From the NCBI RefSeq assembly GCF_000017845.1, contig NC_010546.1:1140001-1172000 (forward strand): a stretch of DNA of 32,000 nucleotides, read 5' to 3'. Positions 22,572 to 32,000 of this stretch are shown here, one piece after another. The DNA is from Crocosphaera subtropica ATCC 51142. Lineage in GTDB: Bacteria; Cyanobacteriota; Cyanobacteriia; Cyanobacteriales; Microcystaceae. Position 1 is the first letter of the stretch, and every line of letters begins with the position of its first letter. The notes beneath the pieces are model-generated. The model searched no databases, had not been told where the DNA came from, and saw nothing but the letters and a program-made list of their open reading frames with translations. The position numbers and the translations under genes were made by a program.

Positions 22572-22994
22572 ATGAGATTTAAACAACAACGATCTTCTTC
22601 GGTTCCTGAAGTTAATTTAGTACCAATGATTGATGTTTTAATGTCAGTGTTACTCTTTTTTATCATTACTTCTATGACATTGACTAGCCAAATCTTAGGT
22701 AATATTAATATTCCTGGGATAGAAAATAATAACAACACCGAGACACAAGATACTAATCAACCTACCTTAATTATTGGAATAGACAAAGATAAAAATTTGT
22801 TTATTGGTGAGGAAATAGTTACGGAAGAAGAGATGCTGCAAAATGTCTCTATTTTCTTAGATGAAAATTCGTCAGGAGAAGTCATTATAAAAGCAGATCA
22901 AGAATTATCCTATCAAGATATTTCAGGGTTGTTAAATAAACTGAGTGACGTTAGTGAAAAACAAGTTTTTCTAGCTATTGATAAAGACAGTTAA
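22572..22994 (+). CDS. exbD: ExbD/TolR-family protein
   Basis: N-terminal ...VPEVNLVPMIDVLMSVLLFFII plus a periplasmic domain ending ..QDISGLLNKL. Confidence 0.85.
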   Translation: MRFKQQRSSSVPEVNLVPMIDVLMSVLLFFIITSMTLTSQILGNINIPGIENNNNTETQDTNQPTLIIGIDKDKNLFIGEEIVTEEEMLQNVSIFLDENSSGEVIIKADQELSYQDISGLLNKLSDVSEKQVFLAIDKDS

Positions 22995-23003
22995 GGATAA
23001 ATT

Positions 23004-23444
23004 ATGCGGTTTAACAATCATAATAATCATCAATCTATCCCTAGTATTAATTTAATACCGATGCTTAATGTAATGATGTCGGTGTTAGCATTTTTTGTGT
23101 TGGTTTCGATGAACTTAACCACCAGTCCCCAAGGAGTCAAAGTTGAATTACCTAGTAATGAAGAAACAACAGAAACGCCAATGGATACAGAAACTGAGAA
23201 CTTAATCATTACTCTAAAATCGGATAATAGTTTTACTATTAATGAATATGAGCAAAGAATAGAAACACTAGAACAATTAAAAATAATAGTGCAAGACTAT
23301 TTGATAAAGCAAAAAACAGGGACAGTTTTATTAATGGCAGATAAAACTGTTGCTTATAAAAACGTTATAGACATTTTGATTCAATTAAAACAATTAGGAG
23401 AAGATAGAGTTTCTTTAGCAATTACAGCAGAAAATGAACAATAA
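23004..23444 (+). CDS. exbD: ExbD/TolR-family protein, second tandem paralogue
   Basis: ...IPSINLIPMLNVMMSVLAFFVL...VLLMADKTVAYKNVIDILIQLKQLG. SD AAGGA lies upstream. Confidence 0.85.
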   Translation: MRFNNHNNHQSIPSINLIPMLNVMMSVLAFFVLVSMNLTTSPQGVKVELPSNEETTETPMDTETENLIITLKSDNSFTINEYEQRIETLEQLKIIVQDYLIKQKTGTVLLMADKTVAYKNVIDILIQLKQLGEDRVSLAITAENEQ

Positions 23445-23448
23445 TGAT

Positions 23449-24387
23449 TTATTCAGAAGTTTGAGAAATTTGAGGGTTATCAATCCATAAAACCAATAAA
23501 GCACCACTTCCTTTTAATTTAACAATGCTCATATAAAATGTAATATCTGATGAGTTTTTGGCTTCGTATAATAAGGAATCACCATACTGTTCTTCTAATT
23601 GATTAATTTCAAACCCTAATTCATTTTTAACGACCGGTTCAATATAATCAAAATAAGCACCATAAGGACTGGTTTGAGGAATAGTTAGAAACCCTAACGT
23701 TCCTGATTTTAGTTGCTGTTCTTCTGTTAAAAAGTAAGAAGTATGTTCTTCTCGAATAAATTGTATAGGTAATGTATCAATATATTCTTCCATTGCGTCT
23801 AAATCATTACTACTTTCTTCTAAGCGTTTTAAAATTCTTGGTCTTAATTCTTCTAATAAACTAGAACCTGCTTCGGAAGCAATTTCATTTTGATTATCTG
23901 TATTATTGACATCATTTTCGATTAATTCTTGATTAGGGGTTGGGGTTGGTGTAGGAGTCGGTGTGGATGTTTGCTTGGGAGTGGGAGAAGGGGTAGGTTC
24001 GGGGTTTATTTCCAAAGGGGTTTTCTTAGGAGTTGGTGTACTTTGAGGAATGGGAGAAGGTGTCGTTATTCTGGGTATTTGTCGAGGTGGTTGTCTGGGT
24101 GGTTGTCTCACTTTTGGAGGACTTTGGATAGGTGTTGGTGTCGGAGTAGATTTAACTTTTGGTGATGTTTTAGGGGTTGCAGGAGACGGTTGAGGAGAGG
24201 GAGGAATTAAACGAGTAATTTCTACTTTTTCTTCAATTTCTTCTGTCTTGTTCTCTTTTAATTCAGGAGAAGAAGGAAGGGGTAAACGTAAAAAACCAAT
24301 GTGAAAGATTAGGGAAAGAAAAAACATCGGTCGAAACAAAAAACGAAATTTTAATAATAAATTGTAAATGGGTTTAAGTAATGTCAT
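23449..24387 (-). CDS. TonB-like protein: TM anchor with S-x3-H, a Pro-rich spacer, and a non-canonical C-terminal domain
   Basis: FFLSLIFHIGFL (Ser-x3-His as in the TonB anchor), about 110 aa of P/T/S/K/Q-rich spacer (PPRQPPRQ, TPTPTPTPTP), and a C-terminal ~150 aa that lacks the TonB_C pattern I know. Confidence 0.5.
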   Translation of the reverse strand: MTLLKPIYNLLLKFRFLFRPMFFLSLIFHIGFLRLPLPSSPELKENKTEEIEEKVEITRLIPPSPQPSPATPKTSPKVKSTPTPTPIQSPPKVRQPPRQPPRQIPRITTPSPIPQSTPTPKKTPLEINPEPTPSPTPKQTSTPTPTPTPTPNQELIENDVNNTDNQNEIASEAGSSLLEELRPRILKRLEESSNDLDAMEEYIDTLPIQFIREEHTSYFLTEEQQLKSGTLGFLTIPQTSPYGAYFDYIEPVVKNELGFEINQLEEQYGDSLLYEAKNSSDITFYMSIVKLKGSGALLVLWIDNPQISQTSE

Positions 24388-24498
24388 TTTTCCAAAAGCA
24401 ACAAAAATCCTTTTTAGATAATAAACATAAATACAACTTTAGCCAAAAAATAATCCCTAAACTAAAGTTAGGTTAAAAATAGAATAAATTTTAGTAAA

Positions 24499-24528
24499 CT
24501 TAATCTATTTTTTACTGGTTTTTAACCC
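24499..24528 (+). promoter_or_regulatory. Candidate Pho-box array (SphR/PhoB site) upstream of pstS
   Basis: CTTAATCT-att-TTTTACTG-gtt-TTTAACCC: three 8-mers at 11-bp phasing, approximating the cyanobacterial PyTTAAPyPy(T/A) consensus, about 80 nt upstream of the pstS ATG. Confidence 0.35.
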
Positions 24529-24607
24529 TAAGTCATACTTTTTTTGAAATAATAGATCGAGCTTACGCTTGAACAAAAAAAATTAAACCATTAGGAAATA
24601 ATCAGCT

Positions 24608-25546
24608 ATGAACGTTAAGGTAAATGGTTGGCTTTTTGCTGGTGCATTTGCATTAGGCTTACTCTTAGTTAACCTGAGTAATATTCCTGTTAACTCTCAA
24701 GGTCGTGCTGTCATCAAAATTGATGGTTCTAGTACGGTTTATCCCATTACTGAAGCTGTGGCCGAGGAGTTTCAGAATAAAAAACGAGGTGCGGTTCAAG
24801 TAACCGTTGGTATTTCTGGGACTGGTGGCGGTTTTAAAAAGTTCTGTTCTGATAATGAAGCAGTCAAAACAGACATTTCTAATGCTTCTCGACCCATTAA
24901 AGATAGCGAGAAGAAAATGTGTGCAGATGCAGGGGTTAAATATATGGAAATTCCTGTTGCTTACGATGCCATTACTGTTGTTGTTAGTAAAGATAATCCT
25001 TTAACGGATATTACAACAGCAGAACTTAAAAAGATGTGGGAACCAGCTGCTACTAATAAAATTACTAAATGGAATCAAGTCAATTCTAGCTGGCCTGATG
25101 TTCCCTTAAAGCTTTATGGCCCCGGTGCAGACTCAGGAACCTTCGATTATTTTACCGATGAAGTTATCGGTAACTCAGGGGATAGTCGCACCGATTATAC
25201 TCCCAGTGAAGATGATAATGTATTGGTTCAAGGGGTGGCTAATGATAAACAAGCATTAGCTTACTTTGGCTATACTTACTACGAAGAAAATAAAAATAAG
25301 CTCAAAGCTTTAAAAATTGATGGGGTTGCTCCTTCTTCGCAAACCGTAAGTGATGGAACTTACACACCTTTGTCCCGTCCTATCTTTATCTATGTCAATC
25401 TTGATGCAGTAAAAAGTAACTCGGCTGTTAAAGAATTTGTAGAATACTATTTAGATAGCGCACCTAAATTAGTCAAAGAAGTTCGTTCTATTCCTCGCAC
25501 CGATTATCAAGCACACAAGCAAAAATTAGCTCAAGCCATTCGCTAA
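24608..25546 (+). CDS. pstS: Phosphate ABC transporter substrate-binding protein (PstS/SphX type)
   Basis: Signal peptide, then [44 protein letters not shown]. Heads a pstCAB operon. Confidence 0.9.
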   Translation: MNVKVNGWLFAGAFALGLLLVNLSNIPVNSQGRAVIKIDGSSTVYPITEAVAEEFQNKKRGAVQVTVGISGTGGGFKKFCSDNEAVKTDISNASRPIKDSEKKMCADAGVKYMEIPVAYDAITVVVSKDNPLTDITTAELKKMWEPAATNKITKWNQVNSSWPDVPLKLYGPGADSGTFDYFTDEVIGNSGDSRTDYTPSEDDNVLVQGVANDKQALAYFGYTYYEENKNKLKALKIDGVAPSSQTVSDGTYTPLSRPIFIYVNLDAVKSNSAVKEFVEYYLDSAPKLVKEVRSIPRTDYQAHKQKLAQAIR

Positions 25547-25549
25547 GTT

Positions 25550-26479
25550 ATGACACCAATTTTATCTAAAGATAATAGGAATGGGCAAATTTCTCATAGT
25601 GCTTTTCGGAATATTCGAGAAAGTATTATAGAGTTTGCCCTTTTTCTCGCTGCTTTATCTTCAGTAGGGACAACCTTTGGTATTTTGTACATTTTAGTAA
25701 CAGAATCCTGGCTTTTTTTTCAACAAGTCCCTATTCTTAATTTTTTAACGGACACGCAATGGACTCCCCTATTTAATGATAAACATTATGGCATTTTACC
25801 CCTGCTTTCAGGAACCTTAGTAACTTCAGCCGTGGCTTTATGGGTGGCGATTCCCTTAGGAACGATTGTAGCTATTTATTTGAGTGAATTTGCTCCAGCA
25901 AAATTGAGAGAATGGGTTAAACCTATTTTAGAATTATTAGCAGCTATTCCCACAGTTGTTTATGGTTATTTTGCTCTATTGGTGGTCACTCCTTTGCTAC
26001 AAAAAGTATTTACTAATTTACCAACCTTTAATATGTTAAGTGGTGGTTTAGTCATGGGTTTGATGATTTTACCTTTAGTAAGTTCAATCTGCGAAGATGC
26101 CATGAGAGCGGTTCCTGTGGTTTTAAAAGAGGGGTCTTATGCGATGGGAGCAACCCGTCTACAAACAGCCTTAAAAGTGGTCTTTCCTGCTGCCATTTCA
26201 GGAGTTGGTGCTGCTTATATTTTAGGGGCTTCTCGTGCAGTGGGTGAGACGATGATTGTAGCCATTGCATCGGGTTTATTACCTAATTTAACCTTAAATC
26301 CTTTAGAGCAAGGAGCAACCATTACCGCTTATATTGCACAGGTTAGTTTAGGAGATTTACCCCACGGAACAGTAGAATATCAAACGATTTTTGCTGCTGG
26401 TTTAACCTTAGTGATAATAACATTAATTCTCAACATTATTGGTTACTTTTTAGCGAAACGGTATCGAGAAATTTATTAA
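25550..26479 (+). CDS. pstC: Phosphate ABC transporter permease PstC
   Basis: Polytopic, with the EAA-like loop ED..RAVP..L.EGSYAMGATR.Q. Second position in the operon. Confidence 0.9.
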   Translation: MTPILSKDNRNGQISHSAFRNIRESIIEFALFLAALSSVGTTFGILYILVTESWLFFQQVPILNFLTDTQWTPLFNDKHYGILPLLSGTLVTSAVALWVAIPLGTIVAIYLSEFAPAKLREWVKPILELLAAIPTVVYGYFALLVVTPLLQKVFTNLPTFNMLSGGLVMGLMILPLVSSICEDAMRAVPVVLKEGSYAMGATRLQTALKVVFPAAISGVGAAYILGASRAVGETMIVAIASGLLPNLTLNPLEQGATITAYIAQVSLGDLPHGTVEYQTIFAAGLTLVIITLILNIIGYFLAKRYREIY

Positions 26480-26490
26480 TTATTGGGTCT

Positions 26491-27444
26491 ATGTCACAGA
26501 AAAATTTAGTTAATGATATTTCTAGACGGAAGCTGATAGATAGTTGCTTTGCTATTTTAGGATTATTGATTATTTTTGTAGCTATTTTCATTTTATTGGG
26601 ATTAGTTTTACAGATATTAATAGAGGGGTTGCCCCGTTTAACCCCACAATTTTTTGTCTCTTTTCCGAGTCGTAAAGCAGAGCAAGCAGGAATTCTTTCA
26701 GCTTGGGTTGGCACCAGTCTGGTTATGTTTGTAACCGCCTGTGTTGCTATTCCCCTTGGTATCGCTTCAGGGGTTTATTTAGAAGAGTATGCTCGTAAAA
26801 ATTGGCTATCAGCTATCATTGAAATCAATGTTACTAATTTAGCCGGTGTTCCTTCCATTGTTTATGGTTTATTAGCATTAGGATTATTCGTCTATCAATT
26901 CCAATTAGGACAAAGTGTTTTAACCGCAGGATTGACCTTAGCTTTGTTAATTTTACCTGTGGTTATTGTTACCACTCGTGAAGCAATTCGAGCGATTCCT
27001 ATTAGTTTAAGGGAAGCTTCCTATGCCGTTGGCGCAACGAAATGGCAAACGGTCTGGGATCATATTTTACCTTATTCTTCTGGCAGTATTCTAACGGGAA
27101 TTATTATCGGTTTAGCCCGTGCTATTGGTCAAACTGCCCCTTTAATTACCATTGGCGCATTAACTTTTATTGCCTTTTTACCCGAATCACCTCTTAATAA
27201 CGAGTTTCCTTTTTTACCCCTGGAAATGACTTTTCCCTTCTTCAATTTTCAGCAATTTTTTGCCTGGTTAAATGCCCCGTTTACCGTCCTACCCATTCAA
27301 ATGTTTACCTGGGTATCCCGTCCCGAACAAGAGTTTCAAGTGAATGCGGCAGCAGCAGGAACGGTGTTATTAATCATGACTTTAGGCATTAATGGAATTG
27401 CAATTTATTTACGCTATCGTTTACGTCAAGGAATCAAATGGTAG
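26491..27444 (+). CDS. pstA: Phosphate ABC transporter permease PstA
   Basis: Polytopic, with [26 protein letters not shown]. Third position in the operon; overlaps the pstB start. Confidence 0.9.
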   Translation: MSQKNLVNDISRRKLIDSCFAILGLLIIFVAIFILLGLVLQILIEGLPRLTPQFFVSFPSRKAEQAGILSAWVGTSLVMFVTACVAIPLGIASGVYLEEYARKNWLSAIIEINVTNLAGVPSIVYGLLALGLFVYQFQLGQSVLTAGLTLALLILPVVIVTTREAIRAIPISLREASYAVGATKWQTVWDHILPYSSGSILTGIIIGLARAIGQTAPLITIGALTFIAFLPESPLNNEFPFLPLEMTFPFFNFQQFFAWLNAPFTVLPIQMFTWVSRPEQEFQVNAAAAGTVLLIMTLGINGIAIYLRYRLRQGIKW

Positions 27445-28235
27445 ACCAATTTTCTAATAATTCTCATCATTTAGAAACCATAAACCCGAAAGTAGAAGTT
27501 AAAAACTTTAATTTCTACTATGGAGATTTTCATGCTATTAAAAATGTTAGTTTTAAGATTCCTCAGCAAAAAGTAACGGCTTTAATTGGTCCGTCTGGCT
27601 GTGGTAAAACGACATTATTACGGTGTTTTAATCGTTTGCATGATCTCTATCCAAATAACCGTTACGAAGGGGAAATACGCATTGATTCCTTAAATATTTT
27701 AAGTCCTAAAGTTGACCCTATTGAGGTCAGAATGCGAGTCAGTATGGTCTTTCAAAAACCGAATCCCTTTCCTAAGTCAATCTATGAAAATGTGGTCTAT
27801 GGGTTAAGGGTAAGAGGGGAAAAAAATAGAAGTGTGTTAGATGAAAAAGTCGAAAAAGCGTTACAAAATGCGGCCTTATGGAACGAAGTTAAAGATCGTT
27901 TACATAAATCAGCTTATGACTTATCAGGGGGTCAACAACAACGGTTATGTATTGCGAGGGCGTTAGTGACAGAACCCGAAGTTATCTTGTTAGATGAACC
28001 CACATCAGCCCTTGATCCCATTGCTACGAATAGTATAGAAGAACTAATTAGTCAATTACAAGAAAAAGTGACCATGATTATTGTCACCCACAGTATGCAC
28101 CAAGCCACTAGAGTGTCTGATTATATTGCTTTTATGTACTTAGGAGAAATGATCGAATTTGGAAAAACCGAAGCGATTTTTTCTGATCCAGAAGAACAGA
28201 AAACCAAAGATTATATTACGGGGAGAATTGGCTAA
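27438..28235 (+). CDS. pstB: Phosphate ABC transporter ATP-binding protein PstB
   Basis: Walker [10 protein letters not shown], signature [14 protein letters not shown], Walker [13 protein letters not shown] 7-nt overlap with pstA. Confidence 0.95.
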   Translation: MVDQFSNNSHHLETINPKVEVKNFNFYYGDFHAIKNVSFKIPQQKVTALIGPSGCGKTTLLRCFNRLHDLYPNNRYEGEIRIDSLNILSPKVDPIEVRMRVSMVFQKPNPFPKSIYENVVYGLRVRGEKNRSVLDEKVEKALQNAALWNEVKDRLHKSAYDLSGGQQQRLCIARALVTEPEVILLDEPTSALDPIATNSIEELISQLQEKVTMIIVTHSMHQATRVSDYIAFMYLGEMIEFGKTEAIFSDPEEQKTKDYITGRIG

Positions 28236-28286
28236 TTTCAGGGAATAGGGAATACTTACATTCTGATTCCTGACTCCTAAAACAAA

Positions 28287-28535
28287 CTAAACATCCGTAT
28301 GAGAGGATTCCTGGATAGTCGCAACAGCAAGGTATTGACTTTCCATCAAAAAGGTTCCTTTATCGAACTTTACCCCCCAATAACCCCCAGGACGACGATC
28401 CATAACAATGCCTTCGTCTCCAACATCTAGAATATCGGCCGGACGTAACATGGGCATAGGATCGGCGGTTTTGAGATAGGGAGGTTTAGTGATTAAAGAC
28501 ACTTTACTCCCCACAGCAATTTGTTGTTCATTCAT
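28287..28535 (-). CDS. Small conserved cyanobacterial/plastid-lineage protein (DUF3148-like)
   Basis: KPPYLKTADPMPMLRPADIL..GDEG.V......GYWGVKFDKGTFL matches my recollection of DUF3148. Its start overlaps the upstream stop (TAATG). Confidence 0.55.
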   Translation of the reverse strand: MNEQQIAVGSKVSLITKPPYLKTADPMPMLRPADILDVGDEGIVMDRRPGGYWGVKFDKGTFLMESQYLAVATIQESSHTDV

Positions 28536-29002
28536 TACTTTAAAAATTCCTCTAATAAGCCGTCACAAGCATCCAATAATAAATTAATCACATGATCAAA
28601 TCCGGCTTCTCCTCCGTAGTAGGGATCGGGTACTTCTCTGTCTCGATGTTGAGTGGCAAAGTCACACATTAACCGTACTTTCTCTTTATAAAGATTGTCT
28701 GGATCGAGTTGTAAAATGTCCCGATAATTGGAACGATCCATGGCCAAAATCAAGTCAAACGTTTCAAAATCCGATAGATCAAACTGCCTTGCTTGTCCCA
28801 CCAATTTGATGCCCCGACGACCTGCGGCCGCTTGCATTCGTCGATCAGGAGATGCCCCAATATGATAACTGGATGTTCCGGCAGAATCACAGATAATTTT
28901 GCCTTCTAGTCCTCTTTCTTGGATTAAATAGTTCATAATGTTTTCTGCAGAGGGAGAACGGCAAATGTTACCCAGACAGACAAATAGTAATTTATACGCC
29001 AT
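28535..29002 (-). CDS. Low-molecular-weight protein-tyrosine phosphatase
   Basis: P-loop LFVCLGNICRSPSAE (C-x5-R-S) and the D-loop VPDPYYG. Confidence 0.9.
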   Translation of the reverse strand: MAYKLLFVCLGNICRSPSAENIMNYLIQERGLEGKIICDSAGTSSYHIGASPDRRMQAAAGRRGIKLVGQARQFDLSDFETFDLILAMDRSNYRDILQLDPDNLYKEKVRLMCDFATQHRDREVPDPYYGGEAGFDHVINLLLDACDGLLEEFLK

Positions 29003-29149
29003 AAATTTTACAAATGATGGTTAAACTAGAGAATCAGTAAACTTACAGGGAAAACTGCCCTTGAACATCTCTGGTGGATTCTTGACCCAATTCAATGCTA
29101 AGGTTTGACCAATAATTTTGTAAACCTATTTTTACAGAGGAACGATTTA

Positions 29150-30559
29150 ATGCTGAAATTACCGAAAAAAACTCGCTCTTACGGTTCTTATTACAATAAT
29201 TCTTACTACAATAAGGGAAAAACTCGGCCTAAGATATCATTACTAGGGATTATCATCGCTTTACCTGTCTTGATTATTCTCTCAGAATTTCTTGCCCAAA
29301 CTTATCTAGGGATCACGGGAAAAGGAGACACCACGAAAGGGACTTCTCCCTTGATAGAAGCCTATAAGTTACAGTTTCGTACGGCTACCGATAAACCCAT
29401 CGAAGGACTGAAAAATCAGGGTAATTTGGTGATGCAACGGAGTTCAACCACTGGTTACGAATTGGTCGATGGGCAAAAAAGTGAATTTTTCTATATCAAT
29501 GAACAGGGGTTACGGGATAATGACCCGGTTCCTGTGGCTAAACCGAAAAATGAGATTCGTATCTTTGTCTTAGGGGGTTCGACGGCGTTTGGCCAGTTAA
29601 ACCCTAATAATGACAGTACCATTAGTCATCAATTAGAAGCCCGTCTCAAACAACGGGTCAATCAGCAAAAAAGTTCTCCTTCCACCTATCGCCCGGATGT
29701 TTTTCCCTTTTTCGTTCCTTCACGACAAAAATTGATGACGTTACCCCCTAAAATTCGGGAAGGGAATTATCGGGTGATTAATGCTGCGGTTCCGGGCTAT
29801 ACTTCGGGTAATGAATTGTCTCAATTAGCCTTAAAAATTCTCCCCTATCAACCCGATTTAATTGTGGTTTTAGATGGGTACGAAGACATTATGTTACCCA
29901 GTAGTCAGTCACAAACGGATGTTCCTCATATTGATGAATTTTTGGCCGATGCTAAGGGGCATTTTAAGAATTCTTTGAATTTTTCGGCCGATGAATGGAT
30001 TAAAAACACAGGGTTAGTGAGAACCTATAATTCGTTTACGAATCCTAACAATAATAGTCGTCCGGCCGCTAATACTAGCTTACCTATTAATACCGATGGC
30101 AAGCCTTTAAAATACTATTTACCTGAGAATCAAGATGAATTAAAGCGTCGGGTGGATCGTTACAAAGAAAACCATACACGGTTAATTTCAATGTCTGCTA
30201 GATTGGGTATTCCTGTGGTTCTTGCTATTCAACCAGAGATTACCTCCCGTCCCCTTGAAAAGCTTTCTTCTGATGAAAAAGCTATCCGCGATCGCTTAGG
30301 AAAAGAATACCTCGAAGAATTTCCTAAAGCTTATAAGGAATTTGTCAAAGCGACTCAACAGCTAGGAAATACTTATCCAAAAAATGTTAAAGTGTTGAAT
30401 TTCTATCAAAGCAATTCTAATTTTCCCACTCCCATGTTTACCGACACCGTTCATTTAACTGAAAAGTCTAATACTGTCTTGGCAGAAACCCTCTATCACG
30501 CCATTACCGCTTGGGAAAAAATACAAATTATTCCCCAAAATTACTATTTGAAAAATTAA
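29150..30559 (+). CDS. SGNH/GDSL-like hydrolase-fold protein with an N-terminal TM anchor
   Basis: The ATG at 29150 (MLKLPKK...) is preferred over the TTG at 29105. TM LLGIIIALPVLIILSEFLA, block I-like IFVLGGSTAFG, block V-like FTDTVHLT. Confidence 0.55.
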   Translation: MLKLPKKTRSYGSYYNNSYYNKGKTRPKISLLGIIIALPVLIILSEFLAQTYLGITGKGDTTKGTSPLIEAYKLQFRTATDKPIEGLKNQGNLVMQRSSTTGYELVDGQKSEFFYINEQGLRDNDPVPVAKPKNEIRIFVLGGSTAFGQLNPNNDSTISHQLEARLKQRVNQQKSSPSTYRPDVFPFFVPSRQKLMTLPPKIREGNYRVINAAVPGYTSGNELSQLALKILPYQPDLIVVLDGYEDIMLPSSQSQTDVPHIDEFLADAKGHFKNSLNFSADEWIKNTGLVRTYNSFTNPNNNSRPAANTSLPINTDGKPLKYYLPENQDELKRRVDRYKENHTRLISMSARLGIPVVLAIQPEITSRPLEKLSSDEKAIRDRLGKEYLEEFPKAYKEFVKATQQLGNTYPKNVKVLNFYQSNSNFPTPMFTDTVHLTEKSNTVLAETLYHAITAWEKIQIIPQNYYLKN

Positions 30560-30568
30560 TTGATAGTA

Positions 30569-30610
30569 GGGAAAAGTATGATTGATTATTAATCTTTTCC
30601 CTTTTTCCTT
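30569..30610. terminator. Intrinsic terminator hairpin between convergent genes
   Basis: GGGAAAAG-N17-CTTTTCCC (30569-30601) followed by TTTTTCCTTTC. Confidence 0.5.
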
Positions 30611-30622
30611 TCTCGAAACTTA

Positions 30623-31558
30623 TTAATTTTTAACCATATCTCGATAAGCAGAATAAACACCTTGAACGTTATACCAATTGAGAAAAATTCGAGCAATTTC
30701 TAGGGCAAGTTGGGGCTTTCCTTGGTTAATTAACCACTGTAAAATAGGGGCAAGGGTACGCTCATTTAATATACCGCCTAAGGATAAAATTCCCCACAAA
30801 ATGCGATGTAATAAAGTCATTTGGATCATCAAACGAACTTCAAAAGTAGGATGTTTTTCATAAAATAAAACCCCCATTCTCCCCCGTTGAATTTCTTTAT
30901 CGATTAAGTTAGGAATTTGGCCTAAATTGAAGGGAGGATGCCAATGATACCCTACTGCTTCGGGACATTTAATTAATTTTAAATCTAACTGTTTTAATCT
31001 GACTCCTAGTTCTAAATCTTCCCATCCATACAGTTGAAATCTTGTGTCAAATAACCCGGCTTTTTCTAACCATTTACGGGCGATCGCTACATTTCCTGTA
31101 GCAAAATAAGCAGCGGAAAAATCGGTTATTTTATAGGGTTCAGACGTGGGATCATCAAAGTTACAAGTATTAATGACTGCCCCATAGGTAAACAGGCGAT
31201 CGCTACCTAGTTTTTTCTCTCCTTTGATCAAAGCATCGGCGTGGCATTGTAAAAAGGTTTCTGTTACCACTAAATCACTATCGATAAAGATAATTATATC
31301 ACCGTTTGCTTTAGTTACGCCTAAATTTCTAGCTGCTGCTGGACCCAAATGATTTTGAGAAAAACAACTAACATGAGTAAATTTTTCTTTATTCTTCTCT
31401 AACCATTCTAGGGTTCCATCGGTTGATCCGTCATCTACTAAAACAACCTCATAATTCCTAATGATATCATCATTAAATTCTTGTTTTTCTAAAGCCTTGA
31501 GGCATTTTTCTAAAATCGGTTTACGATTGTAAGTAGGAATGACAACACTTATAAACAC
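30623..31558 (-). CDS. Family 2 glycosyltransferase
   Basis: VVIPTYNR, VDDGSTDGT, IFIDSDLVV (DxD), and WEDLELG. Confidence 0.9.
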   Translation of the reverse strand: MFISVVIPTYNRKPILEKCLKALEKQEFNDDIIRNYEVVLVDDGSTDGTLEWLEKNKEKFTHVSCFSQNHLGPAAARNLGVTKANGDIIIFIDSDLVVTETFLQCHADALIKGEKKLGSDRLFTYGAVINTCNFDDPTSEPYKITDFSAAYFATGNVAIARKWLEKAGLFDTRFQLYGWEDLELGVRLKQLDLKLIKCPEAVGYHWHPPFNLGQIPNLIDKEIQRGRMGVLFYEKHPTFEVRLMIQMTLLHRILWGILSLGGILNERTLAPILQWLINQGKPQLALEIARIFLNWYNVQGVYSAYRDMVKN

Positions 31559-31596
31559 AGCTTTTATAATGAAAAGATAGGATAATTTGTTTTAGT

Positions 31597-31998
31597 TTAG
31601 CGCATTTGTTGCAAAAGTTGGCGAATGGTTGGGGCATCTGCTGCGGTGGGTAAAATAGATAAATACAATTGTAGATCGGCTGTGGCTTTTTCCCATTGTC
31701 GTAATTGATAATAGAGTAAACCACGATCCCGTAATTCTATGGGATGATTAGGAAATAATTGCAACAGTAATTCTATAATTCTCAACATTTTAGGGTAGTC
31801 TTGACGATTAAGATAGATATATTTTAAGTTTGTCAACATTCTCCCTAGAATTTGTTGATTACTCACAGGGGTTAAAAAATGAGGTTCTAAACTAACCGGT
31901 TTTTGATAAATTTCTTGTAATTTTATCTCACAATCTTCTTCAAATAAAATTTCTCCTTGATTAAAAACATCGACAAAAATTCCTACATTTTCAAACTG
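31597..31998 (-). CDS. SirB1-like protein (transglutaminase-like N-terminal part plus TPR-like C-terminus), 5'-truncated by the window edge
   Basis: The frame stays open upstream of the GTG used by the ORF track (QFENVGIFVDVFNQGEILFEEDCEIKLQEIYQKPVSLEPHFLTPVSNQQ...). C-terminal ...YPKMLRIIELLLQLFPNHPIELRDRGLLYYQL. Confidence 0.6.
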   Translation of the reverse strand, partial: QFENVGIFVDVFNQGEILFEEDCEIKLQEIYQKPVSLEPHFLTPVSNQQILGRMLTNLKYIYLNRQDYPKMLRIIELLLQLFPNHPIELRDRGLLYYQLRQWEKATADLQLYLSILPTAADAPTIRQLLQQMR

Positions 31999-32000
31999 AG

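Noticed and set aside
28236-28286. Imperfect inverted repeat TCAGGGAAT...ATTCCTGA between pstB and the convergent small gene as a terminator
   Set aside because: The stem is short and interrupted, with no clear U-tract on either strand. It is too weak to call.
29105-29149. TTG start at 29105 for the SGNH-like gene (ORF-track start)
   Set aside because: The first 15 codons add a non-conserved-looking extension. ATG 29150 (MLKLPKKTRSY... followed by the TM anchor) is the more plausible start. Similarly, TTG 19513 for the EamA gene abuts the tamB stop, and ATG 19528 is preferred.
8484-31724. Other short ORFs from the track nested in or antisense to long genes: 8484-8684, 8512-8697, 9574-9759, 10094-10291, 12400-12603, 13343-13648, 13489-13728, 16107-16313, 18618-18836, 19734-19940, 20262-20453, 21814-22020, 22547-22738, 23929-24165, 24807-25004, 26052-26270, 26436-26714, 30678-30863, 31521-31724
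   Set aside because: Each overlaps a longer ORF with clear family motifs. Their translations are low-complexity or compositionally odd (for example the RG/W-rich antisense of the Pro-rich TonB-like spacer). None has start or SD support.

Overview
This window is a cyanobacterial chromosome segment. The evidence is about 15 exact HIP1 octamers (GCGATCGC), expanded DUF29 and Uma2 families, a TamB/Tic236-like giant protein, and pstSCAB. Most of it is ordinary core: prfC (5' partial), two alpha/beta hydrolases, an M48 peptidase, tamB-like, an EamA transporter, a TPR protein, exbB-exbD-exbD with a convergent TonB-like gene, pstSCAB, an LMW phosphotyrosine phosphatase coupled to a small DUF3148-like gene, an SGNH-like hydrolase, a GT2 glycosyltransferase and a partial SirB1-like gene. 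The interesting part is an AT-rich accessory island at about 1523-9518, wedged between prfC and a hydrolase gene, with no integrase or transposase. It contains these genes:
- a 3-TM effector-like membrane protein
- two tandem DUF29 genes with mosaic identity
- a decaying Uma2 (PD-(D/E)xK) nuclease gene
- a NACHT-like STAND NTPase with an unassigned helical N-domain
- a separate gene encoding a helical linker plus 14 near-identical WD40 repeats, whose variation is confined to a few codons
- an orphan MNT nucleotidyltransferase with no HepT partner
- a truncated paralogue of the NTPase that carries an in-frame palindromic-repeat insertion

I read the NTPase plus WD40 pair and its satellites as a candidate NLR-like (Avs/bNACHT-type) immunity or programmed-death module in an unusual two-gene configuration. 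Several families of small palindromic (REP/MITE-like) repeats punctuate gene ends in the window. No rRNA, tRNA or CRISPR array was seen. All family assignments come from motif recognition by eye, not from searches.
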